From: Epithemia pelagica
Taxonomy: Eukaryota; Protista; Bacillariophyta
Direction of reading: 5' to 3'
NCBI GenBank assembly: GCA_946965045.2
Contig: OX337232.1
Coordinates: forward strand, 1,240,001-1,304,000
DNA: 64,000 nt
Part shown: positions 41,575-51,900 of the stretch, piece after piece
How the letters are laid out: each line of letters opens with the position of its first letter
Numbering within the stretch: position 1 is the stretch's first letter
Position numbers and translations under genes: made by a program
The notes under the pieces: generated by a model
Told to the model about the DNA's origin: nothing
The model's input: the letters and a program-made list of their open reading frames with translations, nothing else
Database searches by the model: none

Positions 41575-44507
41575 AGTATTTCGTTGGGCAAGGGATTGAT
41601 GTGAAAATTCTCGGGAATCTGCGACATAAAATTTTCATGAAGAAAAAGGGTAAGTTCGTTATCGTTAAGATGCCAGTGTCGTGACAAAATATCTGACACA
41701 TCGTTCTTGCTCCCTGGAATATGCTCTGCTTGAAGGGAGAACTTGTGGAGGAGGATCAGTTCCGTCAACTTTTTTGAAACTTGGACATGCAACGGCTTGT
41801 CGGATCCGAAGGATGATTTGTACATCCAGCCGACGGCGGACGAGTTGTCGGAGAGACTCAGGACGGCCGAGTTTTCTTCGATGCCATCGAACCAACAATC
41901 AACCCACATTGACACAACAATTGCAATGTATTCAAAAAGATTGTTGGTGCGTGTGTTGGTGGATGATGGGTCGAGTTGGGCAAGAGCTTGGAGTCTTGCT
42001 TGGTCGATTCGGAATCGCCATGCTCTGCCGGATCGCACCGAGTAACCGCCCATCCCTTCGGGGCAGGAGTCGGCATGGAAGAGATGGGTGGGAACGCGAC
42101 AAACCAGTCGATTGAGGGAGATGCCGTTGTGGGCATGTTGGAGAAGAGACGGCCACATTTCAAGATCCTTGGCGATGGAGTCTGGAATGGAGTACCGATA
42201 GAATGCTGGAGGGACGTCTCGGTTGGGTCGAGGACGTTTCGGATTATTGTTCGTCTCTGGTGGTTTTGCTTTCTGTTTTTGTCGGAACGCCCGTTCAATG
42301 AAGGTTTGGTACTCGCGAAGGCGAGATAACCAAAAGGATGCGTGGGGTATGCCTTTGGTGGCATGTAGTAATTTTCCAATCAAACTGCGGAGGTTGTGGA
42401 AGGTGGTTCGACGGGTCTTGAGAAGATGTTGTACTTCTCGGGTCCAACAAATCAGTTTATCTTGTGGGAGACGAAGGAGGAGTCGTCTTGTGTCAACAAT
42501 CCACCCGAGAACTCGTTGTTCTTCAGTGGGTGCACCTTCGGCTTCAAGTTTGTCGGCTTCCAGCATGTCTTTGCGTGTAATTGGCTCATCCTTGGCAACT
42601 GGTCTTGTCATGAGATGGACGACGAGAGGAACGATGCTCGGGCATCGGCCAAGGTGAGGGTTGGTTGCAAGGAAGACTTGGATCATATCATCCAGATATG
42701 AATCGTGAAAACCATGGGGACGTGGTGGGACAGAGACTGCCAATTCACATGCTGCGACGATTGGAACTTCTTCTGGTAAATACTTGGGTCCTCCAATTCC
42801 TTCTTGGAGTGGCGACTGGCAATGTTCTGGCTGCCATTCATCGAAATCGGCCAGGTCGTTGCAAAAGTCGGTTCCAATTTCCGAGACGATGGAAAATTCG
42901 GCCGGGTTGGCGGATGCTCCAAAGGTCAACCGTAGATTGAGGTGAGCAAAGGAATTGGAGGGGTCAATGGTAATATTCCTTGCTGCGACATCGCCATTGC
43001 CATGGACGCGACGATAGGCAGATGACCAATCAAACTTGCTGATGAGGATACGATCGGTGGGAAATTTCCAACGCAATGCAACAATCTGGTGGAGAACACG
43101 GTCTAAACAGTGGCCCATCACAAGGTCAATCAATTTGCTTTGGTTGATCAAGTCGTTGGTCGAGGGGCAAAATCCGAGGGAAAAGGACTGGTCGTGTGTC
43201 AAGCGGTCTTTCGGAACAAGGTCGCCGTTGGCATCGATGCCAAGTTGGTGAGCGACGCCCATGGGACTGATTCGGCTGTGCTTGATACGTTTGGCACAGT
43301 CGAAGGTGATTGGAAGGGAGAAACCTTTCGAAGCGTCTTTGCGGAGGACTTTCGAGAGAGCTTCTGGATTCTTTTTACCAGAGGCGTGATTGCCGTATTC
43401 GAGGATTGCCTGGTTTTCAGCGCGTCTGGCTGGCTCGTCTTCCTCAGCTGTGAGAGGATAGGAGACACCATGCGTGATATTGTGGTGAAACCGTGACCAG
43501 TATGGGTGGCCGGCTAGGAGTGGTTCGAGAATTTGGGCTGTGCGAAATTCCGAGCCGGGTGTGATGACGGAGTCGGGGTGACTGTCGATCACTCGTTGCA
43601 TGTCAAAATCAAACCGTTCAATCAGCTGTGAGTTGAAGGTTGCATTGGACAAAACAACAGAATCGTCGATAGAGTGACGAAAGGGTGATGGCTTGGGGGT
43701 TGATGGCTTGTGATCGGCGATGAAAAGCATGACGGAAAGACGAATTGGGTGGCTAATCGGTTGGAGTGGAGGAGGGGCCAGTCTTGAGGGAAAAATCTTG
43801 GAAATCTCATTGGGAAGGTAGCATAGAGCGGAACTTGGGGAACGAAACTCTGTGTCATCAGCAATGTTAGACTCACCTAGTAAATTTGAATCCGCTTTTC
43901 GAGCTTGTTCAAGTCTTTTCACATTTCGTTGTAATGGCTTGCCGGAAAAATCAGACCCGATGATTGCAGAGGAGCTCCCTGGGAGAGATTCCGCAATTTG
44001 TGAGGGCAGATTTTCGGAAAGGGAACTTGGGGGACTTGGGGGTCTTGTTGGGGTGCCAACGGAAAAGGAGTCTCTTGCGAGATCCTTCGAGGTTGGTTGG
44101 GAACGATTGGTGGCAATCGTGGAATTGGTGGGGGATGCGTCAACGGACGAACGGATCTTGGGAGCAGAATCAGACGTGATGACACATTGATTCTGAACGG
44201 ACGAGATCAGATCGGAGAGTTCTCGTTGACGAGTCTTGGGGTATCTTGAGTAATCTTGTGTGACATGATGAACCAGAAAAGGGTTCGCAGTGCTTGGAAT
44301 CTTGGGTTTTTGATCAGACGACGGTGTTGCCAATGGAGGGAGGAAGGATGCAACAATGTTGGATGCGGAAGGTGATGAAGGTGAAAGATGCTTGGAGTAA
44401 GAAGAAGACTCCGCGACTTTAATTGTACTATTATCGGTGGGTCGAGAGTCGTCTCGCAAAAAGGAAGATGAATTCGATGATGAAGAAACAATCAACCCGT
44501 CCTGGCG
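40968..44507 (-). CDS. DIRS-type reverse transcriptase + RNase H (ORF2), in frame with ORF1 behind one TGA
   Basis: ISKFDWSSAYRRV, LTFGASANP, DSYLDDMI; RNase H HADSCPEGMGG, NNLFEYIA, SDNSSAV, HIPGSKNDVSDILSR. No ATG near the 5' end (the listed start is TTG). Confidence 0.93.
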   Translation of the reverse strand, partial: RQDGLIVSSSSNSSSFLRDDSRPTDNSTIKVAESSSYSKHLSPSSPSASNIVASFLPPLATPSSDQKPKIPSTANPFLVHHVTQDYSRYPKTRQRELSDLISSVQNQCVITSDSAPKIRSSVDASPTNSTIATNRSQPTSKDLARDSFSVGTPTRPPSPPSSLSENLPSQIAESLPGSSSAIIGSDFSGKPLQRNVKRLEQARKADSNLLGESNIADDTEFRSPSSALCYLPNEISKIFPSRLAPPPLQPISHPIRLSVMLFIADHKPSTPKPSPFRHSIDDSVVLSNATFNSQLIERFDFDMQRVIDSHPDSVITPGSEFRTAQILEPLLAGHPYWSRFHHNITHGVSYPLTAEEDEPARRAENQAILEYGNHASGKKNPEALSKVLRKDASKGFSLPITFDCAKRIKHSRISPMGVAHQLGIDANGDLVPKDRLTHDQSFSLGFCPSTNDLINQSKLIDLVMGHCLDRVLHQIVALRWKFPTDRILISKFDWSSAYRRVHGNGDVAARNITIDPSNSFAHLNLRLTFGASANPAEFSIVSEIGTDFCNDLADFDEWQPEHCQSPLQEGIGGPKYLPEEVPIVAACELAVSVPPRPHGFHDSYLDDMIQVFLATNPHLGRCPSIVPLVVHLMTRPVAKDEPITRKDMLEADKLEAEGAPTEEQRVLGWIVDTRRLLLRLPQDKLICWTREVQHLLKTRRTTFHNLRSLIGKLLHATKGIPHASFWLSRLREYQTFIERAFRQKQKAKPPETNNNPKRPRPNRDVPPAFYRYSIPDSIAKDLEMWPSLLQHAHNGISLNRLVCRVPTHLFHADSCPEGMGGYSVRSGRAWRFRIDQARLQALAQLDPSSTNTRTNNLFEYIAIVVSMWVDCWFDGIEENSAVLSLSDNSSAVGWMYKSSFGSDKPLHVQVSKKLTELILLHKFSLQAEHIPGSKNDVSDILSRHWHLNDNELTLFLHENFMSQIPENFHINPLPNEILCWISSIVPACPESSSARPKEHTKSATNVGNDGQNISTGLDSVTTHSSSPSEQPTTEPASHVPSYKPSAMPNTPRIATARNLFEQALLAKPLETWHRASGIMTGQAPATVKTAITSTPSSLPSNARGQIWIPPRNEKKLLLPNISAFSGSTVVETPDSPTHHESTTSPHSRPSLPTLPAVGSSLDAEAVNSRPYPTEARPSS

Positions 44508-47390
44508 TCAATTGCGATTCGCATTGGCATATGCGGATCGGTAGAACTCGTCCATGGCCTCTTTCTTGTTGTGTTTGCTGGGATCATCATGAAGAAATTT
44601 ACATTTCTTGCCTTTCTTGCAGATTCCTTTGGTGAACAAGATGTTGCAAAAATGTTGCTTCTTCCCCCCATCTTTCGTCACAAAGGGGATGTTGGAAAGA
44701 ACGCTTGGTGGGAACACACTCATGTAATTGGATTCGGATGGAAGTCGCCAATTGGATGGGGAGTCAAAAGTGATGGGGGTCTTGGGTGGGTCAGAGTTCG
44801 ACGAAGATGAATTCTGTTGACGCTTGGGATTGGAAGGACCGTCATCAGAACCTGCCGAACGTTTCTTTTGGGAGTGTTTGAGTTGGTTGGCTTGGAATTT
44901 GGCTTGTAGTGCCGGAGGGAGGGAAACGAGAGTCGAACCGGTCTTGACATTGAATAAGATCCAATTCACGCGTTCTTCGAAATCGTTGAAGCCAATGTCT
45001 GCTAGTGATGAAGCACTCGATAGGGTCGCAACGAACTCTTGAACAGCTTCGTCGATGGCAAAAAGAAATTGCCCGAAATAAAAGTCGTTACCCGAGCTCT
45101 GTTGCTTGGCCATAATCTTTGTCCGAAACTTGTGGTAAAAGTTCAAGACCTTGAGAACTTGGTTCGCAATCATCGAAGACGAGCCACAAAGGCCTTTTGC
45201 GCATGCCCAGAAAGAACGCAACTGCTTTTCAAACTCATCCGCTGTTCTCGGGAAAAATAGGTTGTGGTCAGAGTACAATTGCTGCATGTCCTTGGATTGT
45301 TTCATATCGTTTAAGTGAAACAAGGAAGCGTCATGAATCTGTTGTCGGATATTCTTGTCCAGGGTGTTGTTCGAATCCAAGCCTGGAATGGCGTAGGGAT
45401 CGAACGAGAAGGGACTGAAACCCCCTGGACAAGCTTCGGACTTCCAACGTAAACCCAAGCGTTGAATGACGGTGCATTGTCCGAAAAGGATGGTGCATGC
45501 ATTGTCTGAGGGGTCGAAGACTTCGGCGAGAAAAGACTCAAAGAATGTTGCGGAGTTTTTCGACTTCCAGACGATTTTGATGATCTGGGACAATTCATCT
45601 GGTAAAGAGATGGCAGATGAAGTAATCGATCCAAGGCGCAAAGTCTTCTGGGCGTTCAGTGGCATGTCGCGAAACATGCTTTTTGATTCAGGGGCAGTGA
45701 TGTCATCTTCGTTGCCGCTTTTCTTGGATGTCATCTCCTTAATGCATTTCGAGAGTAAGAACATCTCGGGAGAGACAAAATGGACATTGCCATCGTCGTC
45801 AAGCATTCGGACGCCATTGCCTTGGGAAGAGAGGTGATCTGTCGATGGGGAGGCATCTTGAGGCCGCATCAAACAATCAACCGGAGATGTCGATTGAAAG
45901 CGGACATTGGACGAGGAGCGGCGCAAAGATGGGCGCTTGGAGGATGGCGGTGTCGTGCGGGCTTGAGGAGCAAGGTTGGGAAAGACTCGGGAGCGATGAA
46001 TTGAAATCGTGGAATTCGCTTTCGAAGGGTCCTTGGGAATCGATGGGAAAACAATCTGCAACTTGGGGCTGTCTCGACGGTGAAGAACGATCCAAAGGAA
46101 GCGAATGATCGGCTCTTGAATCATGAGGAGAGGGTAGTCAAGAGGCATACCTTTCTTCTTGACCTCTACGGTACTGTCCATGGAGAACGTCCACCAATGG
46201 TGGAGGGCAACCTTGTACAATCCACTGGCTAAGTCCTCAAACGAGACGTTGACATTGTGGGTCGAGGCATCGGTGTTGTGGAGCATCAATCCCAAGAAAC
46301 AAGGTGGGATGAGGCATAAGCTCGAGCAGACAAAGTCACGATCGGTCTTCGAGGAGGAAGAGGAGCTGGAAGCAACACTAGAGAAGCTTTTGAACTTGGA
46401 TGAATCGAAGGTCAGGTGAGGGAAAGATGACGACGGGGAGAAGTCATCAATTTCAACGACGCAATGATCGAGGATCTCCGCAAAAGTGGGGACTTGAGAG
46501 AACACGTGATCGCTTAAGAGGAGGGGAACATCATCGTTGTCAAGTTGGAACGGGATGGACTCGAACGGGATGCGATTGAGACCATAAAACGGGATCTGGG
46601 GATCAATAAAGGAACCACAATTCTCAGGGCAACAAAGGTTGTGAAAGAGAAAGGGGTTACCACCGCGAGACAAACCCAACAAAGCAAAAGGATGGTTCTT
46701 CGTCTTGGAGGTCAACCAAACATGGAGATCGTCCGTGGAGGTGAGACGATTGAAGCTGGATCGAACTTCTGACCAAAGGGAAGGATCACGGGTCAGAGTG
46801 ACGTGGAGGGGCTTGAAAAAGGAGTCACACCAATCAATCGGAGCAGATTTCTCGAGTTCTGAAAAGATGTATTCGAGAGACTTGTCGGAGAGCTTGTGGA
46901 AATCATGAGTGAAATAGAACTCATGACGATAGGCGCCTGCACGAAGAAGAAAGGGTGGGTTTTCGTCGTCAGGGTCAGTACCAATCTCTCCTTCCGTGAG
47001 GAGAAGTTCATCATCGTTGCCAGTCGGATCTTCTTTGGAAGCAATGAGAGAATCGAAGCGTTTCAAAGCAAGAGGAGGCGGAGCCTTGGGGTTCTTGGTC
47101 TTGTCGCTAGAAGCAGAGATGGTCTTGGCTTCAGTGAAAAGTTTCTCTTGGGCTTCGGAATCGGACTCGACAGAGTAAATGTCATCATCTTCTTTAGGAG
47201 CATGAGCCTTGAGAGAGGACTTCTTGTTGGAGGCGGAAGATTTCTGATCTCTTTTCGGATCGTCAGGTTGGGAGACGACGGCTGCCACGGGAGCAGACGA
47301 GAAAGGAGCAGGGGGATCAGATCCCTTGGCCGACGACGGTTTCTTCGGAAAGATATCGTCGAGGAACGGATTGGAACCAGAGAAAGTCAT
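44508..47390 (-). CDS. Gag-like ORF1 with C-terminal CCCH zinc finger
   Basis: First ATG at 47390, just inside A1; about 960 aa. C-terminal CNILFTKGICKKGKKCKFLH fits C-x8-C-x5-C-x3-H. Confidence 0.85.
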   Translation of the reverse strand: MTFSGSNPFLDDIFPKKPSSAKGSDPPAPFSSAPVAAVVSQPDDPKRDQKSSASNKKSSLKAHAPKEDDDIYSVESDSEAQEKLFTEAKTISASSDKTKNPKAPPPLALKRFDSLIASKEDPTGNDDELLLTEGEIGTDPDDENPPFLLRAGAYRHEFYFTHDFHKLSDKSLEYIFSELEKSAPIDWCDSFFKPLHVTLTRDPSLWSEVRSSFNRLTSTDDLHVWLTSKTKNHPFALLGLSRGGNPFLFHNLCCPENCGSFIDPQIPFYGLNRIPFESIPFQLDNDDVPLLLSDHVFSQVPTFAEILDHCVVEIDDFSPSSSFPHLTFDSSKFKSFSSVASSSSSSSKTDRDFVCSSLCLIPPCFLGLMLHNTDASTHNVNVSFEDLASGLYKVALHHWWTFSMDSTVEVKKKGMPLDYPLLMIQEPIIRFLWIVLHRRDSPKLQIVFPSIPKDPSKANSTISIHRSRVFPNLAPQARTTPPSSKRPSLRRSSSNVRFQSTSPVDCLMRPQDASPSTDHLSSQGNGVRMLDDDGNVHFVSPEMFLLSKCIKEMTSKKSGNEDDITAPESKSMFRDMPLNAQKTLRLGSITSSAISLPDELSQIIKIVWKSKNSATFFESFLAEVFDPSDNACTILFGQCTVIQRLGLRWKSEACPGGFSPFSFDPYAIPGLDSNNTLDKNIRQQIHDASLFHLNDMKQSKDMQQLYSDHNLFFPRTADEFEKQLRSFWACAKGLCGSSSMIANQVLKVLNFYHKFRTKIMAKQQSSGNDFYFGQFLFAIDEAVQEFVATLSSASSLADIGFNDFEERVNWILFNVKTGSTLVSLPPALQAKFQANQLKHSQKKRSAGSDDGPSNPKRQQNSSSSNSDPPKTPITFDSPSNWRLPSESNYMSVFPPSVLSNIPFVTKDGGKKQHFCNILFTKGICKKGKKCKFLHDDPSKHNKKEAMDEFYRSAYANANRN

Positions 47391-47410
47391 GATGAACAAG
47401 GTAAACTCAG

Positions 47411-47659
47411 AAGATTAGCTAACTAGAATCGTTGCGATCTCGAACTCGTCTCGTAGTCGTTGCAAAGATGCTGAACCCAAGAAGAGGGAGCTCTTCTCAC
47501 GCTCCAACGACTCTGCATCAGGGTCATCCTAAAACTTCCGATTGTGGGAATCAAATCGGATGCTCGCCTCGCGTCGAGGAGGCGGAGCAGTCGCACCTCT
47601 GTTGTCGGTTGCGGAGTCTGGCCAGCATCGGCCACGTCACTCCACCCAGTACAGACACC
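47411..47659 (-). repeat. A1 repeat (249 bp), 5' end of the YR element
   Basis: Matches 39744-39992 with 3 substitutions. Confidence 0.95.
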
Positions 47660-48036
47660 CAACCGTCATCCACGCAGGGCCGCTTGCTGGCAGTTGGAGA
47701 GCTGGCAAAGCCACCCCATTTGAGAGCAAGCTCTCCCTAGCACGTGTCCACGAAACGCGACCGAGTTTGGTCTGGCCGCCTCACCAATATGGAGGGGAAA
47801 TAATGGCGAATGCACACATATACAATAAACCACAGTCAGTGGTCGATCGTTACTCAAGTTCGGAGAAACATAGTCGTCTGGCTCGCGGGACGCAGAACGG
47901 ACAGACAGTCGGTGACGGACATTACTGACGGAAAGTCGGATAGAAACAAGGTTTTTACAGACGTCTTCCGACATCAGTGCACTTTTCACTTTTGACATCC
48001 GACACGCTTAGGTGTAATCTGAATCATCCCATCACC

Positions 48037-48747
48037 ATGACGGCCATATGGACAGGTAGAAACGCCATCTCAATACCTACAATGTCCTCTCGTGTTTTCC
48101 TTCGACCATCAATACTCTTGCGAGATGGATCGCCTTTTTCATCTTGCCGACGCATGGCCGGTGTGGCTTCTCGAATCTCATACCTGACAGAGAATCATTT
48201 TCAACAACAACGTCACGCTACCTTGGACTTGGAGCGGATCCGCACTTTCCACAGTTCTCCTGCAATTGCACTCCCTGTTCGAAGACGACGAAGAACGTTG
48301 TCAAACGATGTTAATGAGAGTAATGCTCCACTTCCTGCGGATGATTCAAAGTCTCGAACTGTGATCAAGGAGTTTCATCTGTTTGAAGCCGAGGCCGAAA
48401 AATTTTTGGACAAATTCTACCAGGCCATTCTTCCCATGAAGAAACATAATGAAATTTTCATTTTGGATCGTGGTGAAGAAGCGAAGGTCGGATCAAACAT
48501 CACCTTGGATCTTGGACCCAGTGTTGGAGCACATACCATTCAAGTGGATCTTACGCAGTTTGTGATTACATACTCCTCCCCGGTTTCTGGGCAACATAGT
48601 TACGAGCTGGTCAAAGAAGAGGGAAATCAGGGCAGCAAGAAAGGCATCGACGAATACAAATGGCAGAACATCTCGGATAGACATGATTTAGAAGGGATCA
48701 TCGTCAGGGATTTACTCAGATCTGCTGGTGGTTGCCCCAAGCTCTGA
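48037..48747 (+). CDS. Frataxin/CyaY-like protein with mitochondrial-type presequence
   Basis: Arg/Ser-rich N-terminus; ITLDLG..VITYSSPVSGQHSY..W...DLEGIIVRDL. Confidence 0.75.
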   Translation: MTAIWTGRNAISIPTMSSRVFLRPSILLRDGSPFSSCRRMAGVASRISYLTENHFQQQRHATLDLERIRTFHSSPAIALPVRRRRRTLSNDVNESNAPLPADDSKSRTVIKEFHLFEAEAEKFLDKFYQAILPMKKHNEIFILDRGEEAKVGSNITLDLGPSVGAHTIQVDLTQFVITYSSPVSGQHSYELVKEEGNQGSKKGIDEYKWQNISDRHDLEGIIVRDLLRSAGGCPKL

Positions 48748-48950
48748 ACGATGTAGGACCCGTCGCTGGTGATTGTCCTCGTCATGTTGTCCCCGTCCAG
48801 CATGACGAGGAAGTTTCTTTGACAAACTTCTTCATGCATGGGCCTTCCAACAGTCACTAGGTAGATCAAATCTAAACGCAATAATTTTTCAATCTGACGT
48901 TGCTTTACTTATTTTTCTGCCTTCCACTTTTCTATCCCTGCTGTTGAGCT

Positions 48951-51900
48951 TCAAGATGTAACTTTGACCTTGCGAGCAAGTATGCTGGGTCTTTTGTTCT
49001 TTCCCGCAATTGCACGCGACCACAACGATGATGTCGACGACAAAGTCTTCGGCCCACCCGCTTTGATCTTGCGCACGTCGGATCCAAGGTTGCTGTATTG
49101 TTGATTCGAAGCTTTGCTGTTCCCAGAACGACTTCGACCGGACGACGAAGAAAAGCCAGCCATGGCCACGGGAGTAACTTTTCGAAAGACAGCTGCATCG
49201 CTTGATCGCCAGGACGTTACCAGACGGGGTTTGGTTCTTCGTCGACTTGCTTGTAATGCCAAACCCAAGGCACTGGTCTGGTTGTTCGTTCCACTCGACC
49301 CAGCCGCTGTTGCATGAGACGAATCGCTCGTGTGTCGAGCGCGCTTGTTCTGCGGCAAGGATGCAAAGGAGTCTCCAAACGAAGGAAATGACTGCTGACT
49401 AGACGATTGACTTCGTTTGCGAACCAAACCATTCTGTAAAACGAGGAAACAACGACATGAGATGATAGATTTGCTGTCGCTCGGAAGACAAATTGACATA
49501 CCTTCATGTTTTGCAATTCCCACCTAAGGCTTTGGTCTTCGTCAATAAGACGAGCCTGCGAGAATTCTTCTTCTTCTCCAAACTGTTCAATGAGGCGTTG
49601 CTTACGTGCTCGCTTAGCAAACCGCTTGGCAGCACGTTCCTGTTCTTGTTCTTCCTGCTCATGCTGGCTCTTTGCCGCCGTCGCAGAGGAATCTAAGACA
49701 TTCTCCTGGTCCTCTTCATCTTCGGAAAAGTTTTCTTCCAAGTTAACAGAGGAGCGATGCAAGAAGCGGTCCCTTAGCATCTTATCCACCAATGCGGCTT
49801 CATCTTCTTCGTCGTCGTTGTCGTTCTTGTCCTTTTTCTCTGATTTGCTTCCATCTCCATCTTGTTCTTCGTCCTCACTATCGAGCTCATCATCGTTGAG
49901 CAATCCAAGGCGTTTGGCGTCTTCTCGATTGTCTGCGGCCACAAGTTGATCAAAACGATGCACACCACGAACACCGGCACCACTACCAATGCCTCCTCGG
50001 CGACCATCGTACCCTTCCCGCATTCGACGAAGAACCTCTTTGTGCCGTTCTTTCTCTTCTTTGGCTTGAAGCTTTTTGCGGGCAGCTTCCCCTGCTTCTT
50101 CGTCTCCTTCATCGTCCGAGAGCTCATCAACTACACCCTCCAAATCGTCTTTGTCAATGGCACCGTGATCCTCCTCATCGTCTTCACCTTCTTTCTTCTT
50201 GCGCAGAGTAAAACCGAAATCCTCAAGGCCTGCCATCCCTTCCTCTTCTTCTTCGTCGGCCTCCTCTTCCACAAGTTCCCCTCGAGCGGCTTTGCGACGC
50301 TTGTCTTTCCGTGCCCTTATGGCATCTTGTTCAAGCACTGCTTTCCAACCTTGATTGCGAGGGCCTTTTGGCTTCTTGGATTCTTCACCCGATGCAGATT
50401 CATTGGTTTCCTCGGTGCGTTCTTTCGCTTCCGTCGTGTCATCCACGCCGATTTGCTTGGGAGAATTCTCGTTCACGTGACTGTTGGCCGCTGATTTTGA
50501 TTCCTCAGACCCCCTGTCGTGTTTCAACTGAGTGCCATCCTGTCCACTAACATCGGCAGTGTCTATTTTGTCATTGTCACTCAGTGTTTCTCCAGACTCG
50601 GGGATGGATTCGGAGTCCTCGTTTACAGCATCAACGTCGCGGTGCGAAGAGGCAGTGTTGGCCCGCGCGTCGTTGCTATTGGGCAAAAGAGTCTTGTCTT
50701 TTGACTCCGTGTAGTCGTTCTCAACAGAATCCATGATTTGTTCTGGGTCTAGTGATGAAGCTTGTGCTGGTTCGACTTGCTGCAGTTCCTTGGCCACTGC
50801 CATTTCCTCATTTTCTTCGTCGCCCATGTCTTTTTCAGCGTTGGGATTCATCGAATCTTTATCATTTTCCTTCTCATGGCTGGGATCGAATTCCAGCTCG
50901 GCTTCACTATCGTTGTCATCTTCCAGATCTTGCCCGTGTCGTTGCAATCGTTTCTGCAACTGCTGCTGGCGCTGTTGGATATTTGCCTGTTCAACTTGAA
51001 GGCAGGTCTGGCGTTTTTGCTCTTCCATGCTCTTGCAGTCCTGGACATGATCCTGCACACTGGTATAATTCAATTCTCGTGCCAGCCACCAATTGCCCAT
51101 TTGTCGTTGCTGTGTCTTTAACCTCTGTTGAAGAGCCGCTCGGCCACCGGCTGCCCTAATCTTGGCTGGAGACAAGGTGGTACTGCCTTCACTTCCATGG
51201 AGGAGCGCTCGGTTTGTTCCTTTTGGTTTGGAGGGCATCAAGGGAACACCTTTATCCGCCAAGGTAAGCAGTCCAAGTGCATGATTACGCTTCTGTGCAT
51301 CAAACAACACTGGAGGTGGCTTGTTACCGTCCGTCCCCGTCACAATGATTTCAATTTCTGACTCGTCACTGCTTCCACTGTCATCCGAGGAACCTCCTTT
51401 GGCGTCGTTCTCGACATCCTTTTCCTCATTATCACTATTTTGCATATCACCATGTTTCATACTATGAGGTTTCTTGTCGTCTTGTTCCGACACCGAAGTT
51501 TGAAGGACTTGAGCTTGAATAACGGCAAGCCGGGTTTGGGACAATTTGTCAACCAATTGAACTCGTTGCTCAAAACGATGGCGAATTTGTTCGTCCGTGT
51601 TGGTTTCGAGCTTGGCCGCAATTCGTTCTGCCCTGGATTCGTCTTGTTGCATGGCTTGCAATTCTTCGTTGCGGACCCGTAATTCGTCCAGACGAAGTTG
51701 TCGCAGCAGCTCGGCTTGCTTTCGCACAGCCTTGAGCTTCTTTTTCATTTGTTGTCGCTGCTCTCGGGTTGGCTTTTCTGAGTTAGGACTAGTCTTGTCG
51801 CTCTTCTTGGTCCGCGTCTTCTTTTTGCTGTGAGCGGCTTGGCTGCGTTTCTTTCCACCCCGAAGGCGTGCAGTACGAGGGGAATACTCCTCCTCAGAAT

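Larger units (their letters stand above)
39549..47659 (-). mobile_element. Tyrosine-recombinase retrotransposon (DIRS order, Ngaro/PAT-type split direct repeats), full length
   Basis: On the minus strand: A1 (47411-47659), gag, RT/RH, YR, B1 (39992-40165), A2 (39744-39992), 21-bp spacer, B2 (39549-39722). Confidence 0.95.
38418..47812. mobile_element. TIR element (~1.3 kb net) hosting the YR retrotransposon
   Basis: 43-bp inverted repeats with 1 mismatch: CATTCGCCATTATTTCCCCTCCATATTGGTGAGGCGGTCAGAC (38418-38460) and 47770-47812. No TSD recognised. Confidence 0.65.
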
